The notes beneath the pieces were generated by a model. The model made no database searches, had not been told where the DNA came from, and saw nothing but the letters and a program-made list of their open reading frames with translations. Of a stretch of 64,000 nt of DNA, positions 1 to 7,335 are shown one piece after another. The number at the start of each line of letters is the position of its first letter. The first letter of the stretch is position 1. This DNA is from Anaerolineales bacterium (GTDB lineage: Bacteria > Chloroflexota > Anaerolineae > Anaerolineales > UBA4823): NCBI GenBank assembly GCA_046259385.1, contig JBJYWI010000157.1, positions 3,540 to 67,539 on the forward strand, in the 5' to 3' direction. Both the position numbers and the translations under genes were made by a program.

Positions 1-911
1 TTACCGGGATGCTGGTGAGCAGCCTAGTTAGAGCAACCCCGATCGCGCTGGCAGCCCTGAGTGGTATTTACAGTGAACGCGCGGGAGTTGTTAATATTGC
101 CATTGAAGGCATGATGTTGTTTGGGGCGTTTGTTTCGGTGGTAGTTGCCAGTGCCTTCGATAACATGTTGCTGGGAGTCATTGGAGGTGTTCTGGCAGGA
201 ATGCTGTTGGGATTATTACACGCTGTTCTCTCTATCCGTTATATGGTTAACCAGATTGTGAGTGGCACAGGAATTATTATACTTGCGTTGGGTATTACAA
301 GTTATTTACAAAGGGCGGTTTTGAACCTGTTACCAGAATTGAACCAACCAGGCCCAGCTATCTCCTCCGTCCCCATTCCGGTTGTCTGGCAAATCCCTGT
401 GCTGGGACCGGTGTTTTTCAACCTCAGCCCTATTATTTACACGCTATTTGCTTTACTCATCATCACCCATATTATTATGAATTACACTCGTTGGGGATTA
501 AGAGTACGTTCGGTAGGAGAACATCCCAAGGCGGCAGATACCTTAGGCATCAATGTTTTTAGAGTGCGATACATCAGTGTTTTGTGCAGTGGTGCGATTG
601 CTGGTTTGGCAGGTACTTATATGAGCATAGGTGCAGCAGGGCGCTTCAATGAAGGAATGACAGCAGGTAAAGGCTTTTTAGGATTGGCAGCCATGATATT
701 CGGGAATTGGAATCCGGGGGGGGCGTTCCTTGGGTCATTGATCTTTGGTTTCTTTGATTCATGGCAGGAGAAATTGTCAATTCTTCAGGTAGGCATCCCG
801 GTGGACTTACTCGGTATGGCACCGTATATCGCCACTATGGTTGTACTGGCAGGTTTCGTGGGCAGGTCGAGGATGCCGGTGGCAGATGGGCTGCCTTACA
901 AAAAGGAATAG
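1..911 (+). CDS. ABC transporter permease, BMP/nucleoside-sugar type (YufQ/NupQ-like), 5' partial
   Basis: ORF 9..911 stays open to the window edge. It is a multi-TM protein with the core SERAGVVNIAIEGMMLFGAF typical of this permease family. The usual first TM segment is missing, so the gene probably starts upstream of the window. Confidence 0.8.
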   Translation, partial: TGMLVSSLVRATPIALAALSGIYSERAGVVNIAIEGMMLFGAFVSVVVASAFDNMLLGVIGGVLAGMLLGLLHAVLSIRYMVNQIVSGTGIIILALGITSYLQRAVLNLLPELNQPGPAISSVPIPVVWQIPVLGPVFFNLSPIIYTLFALLIITHIIMNYTRWGLRVRSVGEHPKAADTLGINVFRVRYISVLCSGAIAGLAGTYMSIGAAGRFNEGMTAGKGFLGLAAMIFGNWNPGGAFLGSLIFGFFDSWQEKLSILQVGIPVDLLGMAPYIATMVVLAGFVGRSRMPVADGLPYKKE

Positions 912-1404
912 TCATTAGAATTAAAGAAATTCGTGAGTATTTGTTTACTATTTCTGGAGATGCTCATCATCGTGATCGAGCGTCTCTTTTTTTAGCTGGA
1001 TAAATTTGATTGAGCGATAATAATTGGGTCTCGATATCGGAGGCAGTACAGGCAATAGGGCACTTATTGAAACTGCCGGTAATGAAGGGCTGTACTGCAT
1101 CGGAAGGGATAGTAATTAGCGGTTAGCAGTTATCGAGGCGCATCCCTGCCTGGCTACCAGGGCTGAGGAGCTTATATTCCCAGTTGAGTACGAACTGATT
1201 AAGGTGGCGAATGTGGGCAGGTTCCCAGCCAGGAACTTATAAGTATAGGTTAGCCTGGCTCCTTTTATGATTTTGACAGCCACATTCCTATAGAAGTGAA
1301 AGTTGGACTCACAGAAATTGACTCCCGCTTGAAGGATGGCATTATTGTGACCAGTTACAATCCTGGCGATTAACCTGTTGAGATGTGAGTTGATTTAAAT
1401 ATTG

Positions 1405-1744
1405 GGTAGCAACTACCAGAGGGTCATCGTGGTACTCGAGTTGGGCAGCCCTGTCAGCCTGCTGGTTGCCAATCAGCTCACGCGCGGCCTGGATGTCGGC
1501 TCAATCGAATACATCCACAGCCAGATCATAGACAAACGGGATAACGGAGTTGGATGAGATTCTATCCCTTTCTGACAGGATTGCGGTTATGTACAATGGT
1601 GAAATCGTTGCCATACTTGACGCTGCAAAGGCTTCACGCGAGGAATTGGGTTTATTGATGGCAGGTTCGCATACAGAGGAAAATGAAGAAAATGATAAAA
1701 TGGATAAATTGGTGAAGAACCGTCCTGAATTTGGGAAATTCTAA
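1405..1744 (+). pseudogene. Remnant of the C-terminal end of a BMP-type ABC transporter ATP-binding protein
   Basis: One frame reads SNYQRVIVVLELGSPVSLLVANQLTRGLDVGSIEYIHSQIIDKRDNGVG then a stop. This resembles the signature and Walker-B/D-loop region of a second ABC cassette. A different frame (ORF 1550..1744) continues with LDEILSLSDRIAVMYNGEIV. The strand normally lying between RDxG and LDEI is absent, and so is most of the gene. Confidence 0.7.
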
Positions 1745-1747
1745 TTG

Positions 1748-1796
1748 AAAGAGGTTTTGGGGCAGGAAATTCGATTTCTCTCCAAACCTCTTTTGT
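1748..1796 (+). terminator. Hairpin downstream of the ABC remnant (possible intrinsic terminator)
   Basis: A 10-bp stem, aaagaggttt (1748-1757) pairing with aaacctcttt (1784-1793), is followed by T-rich sequence. The loop is long (26 nt), so it is a weak terminator candidate. Confidence 0.4.
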
Positions 1797-1831
1797 ATTA
1801 ATAATGGTTGCTTGCTAATAGAAGAAATTTT

Positions 1832-3991
1832 ATGAAACCTGATCAGATTGTTGAACTGCAAATAAGCGATATGGATTGTATGGAATGCACCCTTCATGTA
1901 CGCAAAGCATTAGAAAAACTGCAGGGGGTGAAATCTGCAGAGGTCTATCTCGGGGCTGAAAAAGCTGTTGTTCACCTTGATCCGGAATTTGTTCAAATTC
2001 AGGAGCTGAAACGGGCGGTTGAAAAAGCCGGATACAGAGTGTTGGATACTCGCGAGGATGTTTCTAAAGTAACCGGTGCAAGTAAATTCACCCGCAATAT
2101 CTGGATAATGCTGTTTTTTGTTTTTGGGTTGGTTCTATTTGCTGTAATTGGCGGAGAATGGCTTGGTTTTTTTGAGCAGATGAATGATTTTGTACCTTGG
2201 ACAATCTGGTTATTTGTTATTTTTCTTGTTGGTTATCCTATTTATAAGAATGTAATTCAGGCTGCGCTCCATCGCCAGATTATTGCGCACACATTAATGT
2301 TTGTGGGGGTGATCGCTGCGGCAATTGCCGGTGAATGGATCACTGCTTTGCTGGTAACAATCTTTATGCGAGTTGGGGATTACGTTGAAGGATTTACCAC
2401 CCAAAAAACACGCGCTTCCATCAAGAGTCTCACCTCATTGGCACCGCAAAACGCGAATGTAGAAAGAGACGGGACTGAAATATCCATATCGATCGAAGAA
2501 GTAGATATTGGTGATACTGTGATACTTCGTCCTGGTGAAAAAGTGCCTGTCGATGGTGAGGTATTGAGTGGGTATGCGATTATTGACCAATCAGCAATTA
2601 CGGGTGAACCCCAACCTTTTGAAGCGGGTGTCGGTACTTCAGTTTACGCCGCTTCGCTGGTGCAGTCAGGGAGTCTTAAAGTTCGTGCTGAAAAGGTGGG
2701 GAGTAATACTACCTTCGGAAAAGTGATATCCCTGGTAGAGCAAACCGAATCTAAAAAGGCGAATATTCAGCGGGTTGCAGATCGTTTCTCAGCTTATTTT
2801 TTACCACTTGTTCTCACGATTGCAGTCATTGCGTATTTTATCAGTCAGGATCATATGGCAGCGGTTTCAGTACTGGTTGTCGCCTGTTCCTGCGCGTTTG
2901 CGCTTGCTACTCCAATTGCCATGCTGGCTTCCATCGGTGCCGGGGCGAAACGTGGGTTATTGATCAAGGGAGGAAAATACCTGGAGATCCTGGATCAGGC
3001 AAAAGTAATGCTGATCGATAAAACAGGAACGCTTACATTTGGAAGACCTGAGATCATTGACGTTGAAGTGATTGGATCAGATATGCGGATAGGAAAAACA
3101 GTTTATCTATCGCAGGCGGAGTACGAAGAGGAGGCACTGCGACTTGCAGCGTCTGCGGAGCGATATTCATCTCACCCGTTTGCGAAGGCATTTATAAAAA
3201 TTGCCCGGGACAAAAACCTGGTGTTGTCTGAACCAGAAAAAAGTGAATATGAACCGGGGCTTGGATTAAAAGCGGTCGTGGATGGTTTCCAGGTTGAGGT
3301 TGGAAATCCGCGCATGTTTTTAAAGCGGAAAGGGCATATAATTTTTCCCGAAAAACACAGTATGAAGGATAGAGGAAGAACCATTTTATACATTGGGGTT
3401 GATAGGAAGCCGATTGCTGCAGTCATTCTGGATGATATTATGCGAGACGAAGTTCCTGCTGCGATTGACAGCATATTTAACCAGGGATTCGAACATGTAT
3501 CAATCCTGACCGGCGACCGGGATGAAACCGCCCGGAATCTGGCAAGGCAGATTGAATTAAAACTGGTGAATAAACGAAGAATTGAATACAAGGCTGAACT
3601 GCTTCCCCAGGATAAAATTGAAATTGTTAGGGAGTATCAGAATAAGGGCTATGTGGTGGTTATGGTTGGTGATGGAATCAATGATGCCCCTGCGCTTGCG
3701 GGTTCGGATGTGGGCATCGCAATGGGAGCTGCAGGAAGCGACATTGCCATAGAATCAGCTGATATTGCCCTGCTGCGTGATGATTGGTCGCTCGTGCCAG
3801 ATGTTATCCGGGTAAGCAGCCGGACAATGCGCGTTGTGCGAACCAATATTTTTTTTACAGGTTTTTACAATTTGATTGGTCTTTCGCTGGCTGCATTGGG
3901 GATCCTTCCGCCGGTGCTGGCAGCCGCGGCTCAGTCTCTGCCAGATCTGGGAATCCTGGTGAATTCATCCCGACTTCTAAGACAAAAATAG
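1832..3991 (+). CDS. Heavy-metal translocating P1B-type ATPase with N-terminal HMA domain and CSC transmembrane motif
   Basis: It has an HMA domain with a CxxC motif (DCMECT) and the motifs DKTGTLT, SSHPFAKA and GDGINDAPAL. The TM motif is VVACSCAFALATP. The ATG at 1832 (MKPDQIVELQ) is preferred over the TTG at 1808. Confidence 0.9.
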   Translation: MKPDQIVELQISDMDCMECTLHVRKALEKLQGVKSAEVYLGAEKAVVHLDPEFVQIQELKRAVEKAGYRVLDTREDVSKVTGASKFTRNIWIMLFFVFGLVLFAVIGGEWLGFFEQMNDFVPWTIWLFVIFLVGYPIYKNVIQAALHRQIIAHTLMFVGVIAAAIAGEWITALLVTIFMRVGDYVEGFTTQKTRASIKSLTSLAPQNANVERDGTEISISIEEVDIGDTVILRPGEKVPVDGEVLSGYAIIDQSAITGEPQPFEAGVGTSVYAASLVQSGSLKVRAEKVGSNTTFGKVISLVEQTESKKANIQRVADRFSAYFLPLVLTIAVIAYFISQDHMAAVSVLVVACSCAFALATPIAMLASIGAGAKRGLLIKGGKYLEILDQAKVMLIDKTGTLTFGRPEIIDVEVIGSDMRIGKTVYLSQAEYEEEALRLAASAERYSSHPFAKAFIKIARDKNLVLSEPEKSEYEPGLGLKAVVDGFQVEVGNPRMFLKRKGHIIFPEKHSMKDRGRTILYIGVDRKPIAAVILDDIMRDEVPAAIDSIFNQGFEHVSILTGDRDETARNLARQIELKLVNKRRIEYKAELLPQDKIEIVREYQNKGYVVVMVGDGINDAPALAGSDVGIAMGAAGSDIAIESADIALLRDDWSLVPDVIRVSSRTMRVVRTNIFFTGFYNLIGLSLAALGILPPVLAAAAQSLPDLGILVNSSRLLRQK

Positions 3992-4030
3992 AAATAGAGC
4001 TGCCAGTTCTATGGTTGGGGTATTCGCTGG

Positions 4031-5572
4031 TTATCTATAAATTAGTGGAAATATAAGCGTGTCGAAGAGCGTTTCATATGCATCGATTCGACCCCATCCA
4101 TAGGTATTGTTAGGGACCTGTCCCGCGGGAATACCTCCACAGGTTTCCGTGGTTATGCGCGGCAGTGCATTCCTTTCAATAATATTTTCAATTTGATCAA
4201 CCTGCCCAATTAAATCCGGTCGAGCTGATAGTAATAGGGCTACCAAACCGGTAACATGGGGGGCAGCCATGCTGGTGCCGCTGGCAGTGCCGTAAGATCC
4301 GCCTTTAATACTGGAGCGAACGTTATAACCCGGGGCGCTAACATTTGGTTTTAATAGGTTGGTGTAATCCGAGGGTCCGCGGCTGCTGAATCCGGTGATG
4401 ATATCGCCGCTGTCGGTCGCACCAACGCTGAAAGAGGCTTCATAGATCGCTGGTGGGTGATTGACAGAACCACAGCCTGAGGAGCCAAAATTACCGGTTG
4501 AGACCACCACTACAATACCAGCCGCGCGGGTATTATTCACGACCGGCATGAGAGAATCCCAATCACAGAGTTCTTCCGGCGGGCAGTACCAGGAATTGTT
4601 GACCACATGAGGGGCGAGGTCAGAATTGCCGTTCTCTCCATTCAAATCAGTTGGTTCCAGAAACCATTCAAAACACTCAATATAAGATGCGAGCGTTCCG
4701 TTTCCCTGGTCCATGTTGCGGCAGCCGATCCATTTTGCGCCAGGCGCCATCCCGATTTGATTACTCCCCCCGTCATCCCCGATCATCGTGCCCATGGTAT
4801 GTGTGCCGTGACCAAAGGAATAATCGTCGCAGGGCTCGTTGGAATCTGGTCCGCAAACCCCTCCGCCCGAGTGAATTGAGTCATGCCAGTTGTAGTTGTG
4901 GTCGGCTGAAGAGCCGTTCCAGCCGCGGTATTTGTTGATCAAAGCTGGATGGTCCCAGTCATAGCCGGTGTCCTGCCCGCCGATAACCACGCCCTGGCCT
5001 GTGTAACCCGCCTCCCAGACCTTCGGCGCGTTTACCTGGTCGATATTCCACTCAACTGCGCCTGGCAGCAGTCTTTGATCGCCAGGTTTGGATTCGGGAA
5101 AGGGTTCAGGAAGTTGAATTGAAATTTCATTGTTTGCGAAAATCCGGGCAACCTCATTCCGCTCTGCTATCTGCGCCATCTCTTCATGAGTGCTTCGCAC
5201 CCAGATCATGTTTGCAATCCAGAACGCTCGGTGCTCGATGTTGTTCTTGGTGAGATATTCCAGAATCGGGGCCTGGTTGCTCTCAGCAGTCGCTTTCAAT
5301 TCTTTTACGACGTAGTGACCCTTTTCCAGCTTGGTCGGTAAAAATTTAGTCTTTTCAATATTGGCTTGCTGCGTCAGGAAAACCAGATATTCAACCTGTT
5401 CTATTGTATTCTGTTCAAGCAAGTCAGGATCCATTTTTGTCCGCCATTTTAGTTTCGATGCTTGGATAGATGACTGAGGTCCCAGAGCGATTGCAAACAG
5501 CAAGAAGATCGAAAGCGCAAGAAAGTATGTCCGCGTCATTGTTTTCTGAGCAGGGATTTTATTTATTTGCAT
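4031..5572 (-). CDS. Secreted subtilisin-like serine protease (peptidase S8) with N-terminal propeptide
   Basis: The catalytic triad contexts are QDTGYDWDHPAL, GHGTHTMGT and GTSMAAPHVTG. A signal-peptide-like N-terminus (MTRTYFLALSIFLLFAIALGPQSSIQA) follows the ATG at 5572; an alternative ATG lies at 5539. The upstream 150 codons of ORF 4031..6025 overlap murJ and are not counted as coding. Confidence 0.88.
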   Translation of the reverse strand: MQINKIPAQKTMTRTYFLALSIFLLFAIALGPQSSIQASKLKWRTKMDPDLLEQNTIEQVEYLVFLTQQANIEKTKFLPTKLEKGHYVVKELKATAESNQAPILEYLTKNNIEHRAFWIANMIWVRSTHEEMAQIAERNEVARIFANNEISIQLPEPFPESKPGDQRLLPGAVEWNIDQVNAPKVWEAGYTGQGVVIGGQDTGYDWDHPALINKYRGWNGSSADHNYNWHDSIHSGGGVCGPDSNEPCDDYSFGHGTHTMGTMIGDDGGSNQIGMAPGAKWIGCRNMDQGNGTLASYIECFEWFLEPTDLNGENGNSDLAPHVVNNSWYCPPEELCDWDSLMPVVNNTRAAGIVVVVSTGNFGSSGCGSVNHPPAIYEASFSVGATDSGDIITGFSSRGPSDYTNLLKPNVSAPGYNVRSSIKGGSYGTASGTSMAAPHVTGLVALLLSARPDLIGQVDQIENIIERNALPRITTETCGGIPAGQVPNNTYGWGRIDAYETLFDTLIFPLIYR

Positions 5573-5586
5573 AAATAGGCTTGCTA

Positions 5587-7104
5587 TTATATTCTTATTA
5601 GTATCTTCAATTCCGGAAAAATAAACGGAACGGCAACCAGGATTGCAGCCCCAAACGAAAGAATCGCTGAAATCAGGGGTTCCAATGGCAATTGCATTCC
5701 CAGAAAAACAACCGAAATTCCAGCACCAGCCGCGATTACTGCTCGGACAAGAGTCCGACCCGCATGAAAAATTCCATTTTCCCGCCGGTTGAGAAGGAAA
5801 AGCAGCAATAGCGCTTCGCCAGTAAATGCTATTGTATTCGCAAGTGCGATACCAACGGCTCCCATACGGCTTGAGAGGCTGACAGCAAATATGATAAATA
5901 CCAGCGCGTTTAGTGCAGCTATATATAAGGGGGTTTTTGCATCCTGCTGGGCATAAAAGGACCGGGCAGCGACTTCCAGCAGCGTATGGCCTACCAACCC
6001 CAGCAGGTAAGCCCTTGAAACCCAAACCACGAGCTCAGTGCCTGCAGCACTGAATCCAAACACAAATTCAACCAGAGGTGGCAGGGCTGCAGAAAGAATC
6101 GCCGCGATTGGTATCGTAAGGGCGAGTAGAACAAGCACAGCGTTGTTGATAATCACTCCATATCCTTCTCGATTTCCCTGCACAAACAACTCCGATAAAG
6201 TTGGCAGGATCGCAATCGCGATCGCTGTTCCAAGCAGTGTTTCAGGGACCTGCATAATGAACCAGCCGTAGTTTAATGCGGTTACAGACCCTTCTCCCAA
6301 CCCGGATGCCAGGTTATCGCGCGCGATAAAAAACACCTGCAGGAAAAACATGGTCATGATGCGCGGTCCCAATAGGCGTAGAACCTTTATTACCCCTGGA
6401 TTGTGAAGGTTGATCGCGGGGGTCCAATGAAATTTGTAATGAATCAGCCCGGGGATTTGTACCGCCAGATGAAGGAGTGCGCCAATGATCACACCGTATA
6501 CTAGTCCATGGATGCCAAACCCAAACGCGGGCAGCGTGATGCTTCCTATTTCAATTCCCCTAGAAGGCGCAAGGATTGCCACGCCAAAAATCTGACCGAG
6601 GTTGTACATCGCCGGAGCCATCGCTGGCAGCAGGAAATGCTGGTTCGCCTGTAAACCAGCCATCACCAGCCCGCTTATAGAAAAAATCAAAATTGCTAAC
6701 AGATCGAGCCGCATCAATTCGACGGTCAGGGCTTTCTGGGAGGGAGGGAAACCTGGCGCAATGACATATTCCACCAGAGGGCTGGCAAAAAGAATGATAA
6801 CAATTGATATAAAAGCAGTTACGGTAAAGGCTAGATTGAGTATGCGGGAGAATAAATCCCATAAAGCTGGCTGCCCGCTCTTTTTGAGATATTCGGATAG
6901 AACCGGTATCAAAGCCACCCCAAGCGCGCCGCCTGAAATCAAAGCTGACAGCAGGTCGGGAATGTTGTTAGCAGCGTTAAAAACATCGATATCGTAGGTC
7001 AAACCAAAATGGCGCGCTATCAACACCTGTCGGATAAAACCGAGCACTTTATCGAATGCGAAAAATACAGCAATAATGATTGAGGAGCGAGCGATATGGG
7101 ACAT
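5587..7104 (-). CDS. murJ: Lipid II flippase MurJ (MviN family)
   Basis: It is a 505-aa polytopic protein. Its N-terminus, FDKVLGFIRQVLIARHFGLTYDIDVFNAANNIPDLL, is characteristic of MurJ. Confidence 0.88.
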   Translation of the reverse strand: MSHIARSSIIIAVFFAFDKVLGFIRQVLIARHFGLTYDIDVFNAANNIPDLLSALISGGALGVALIPVLSEYLKKSGQPALWDLFSRILNLAFTVTAFISIVIILFASPLVEYVIAPGFPPSQKALTVELMRLDLLAILIFSISGLVMAGLQANQHFLLPAMAPAMYNLGQIFGVAILAPSRGIEIGSITLPAFGFGIHGLVYGVIIGALLHLAVQIPGLIHYKFHWTPAINLHNPGVIKVLRLLGPRIMTMFFLQVFFIARDNLASGLGEGSVTALNYGWFIMQVPETLLGTAIAIAILPTLSELFVQGNREGYGVIINNAVLVLLALTIPIAAILSAALPPLVEFVFGFSAAGTELVVWVSRAYLLGLVGHTLLEVAARSFYAQQDAKTPLYIAALNALVFIIFAVSLSSRMGAVGIALANTIAFTGEALLLLFLLNRRENGIFHAGRTLVRAVIAAGAGISVVFLGMQLPLEPLISAILSFGAAILVAVPFIFPELKILIRI

Positions 7105-7257
7105 ATATAGAAATGGTTGATTCCGGTTTCGCTGGTTCTATATGCAATTGTTTGTTGAAAAAAATAGAATTAATTTGTCAAGAATCCGGTTATAAATTTC
7201 CCGTACGGCTGGATAAGTATAGCATGTATAGGGATTTTTCGATGAAGACCGGATTAA

Positions 7258-7286
7258 TTGATTTAAACTTAAATTTCATGTAAAAT
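7258..7286 (+). promoter_or_regulatory. Candidate sigma70-type promoter for the beta-helix protein gene
   Basis: TTGATT (7258-7263), a 17-nt spacer, then TAAAAT (7281-7286). It lies about 50 nt upstream of the GGGAGGG ribosome-binding site and the ATG at 7336. Confidence 0.4.
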
Positions 7287-7335
7287 CGAAACAGGGTCGA
7301 ATCGGATTTACCAATAATTTTCTGGGAGGGATTTG

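Noticed and set aside
761-1003. 80-aa ORF overlapping the end of the permease gene
   Set aside because: It lies in an alternative frame of a well-supported permease gene and runs into non-coding DNA. Its composition is not protein-like.
5573-6025. N-terminal 151 codons of ORF 4031..6025 (Cys/Trp/Arg-rich, MGFKGLPAGVGRPY...)
   Set aside because: This stretch overlaps the 3' end of murJ in another frame and has no protein-like composition. A good signal peptide begins at the internal ATG at 5572 or 5539, so the protease gene is taken to start there.
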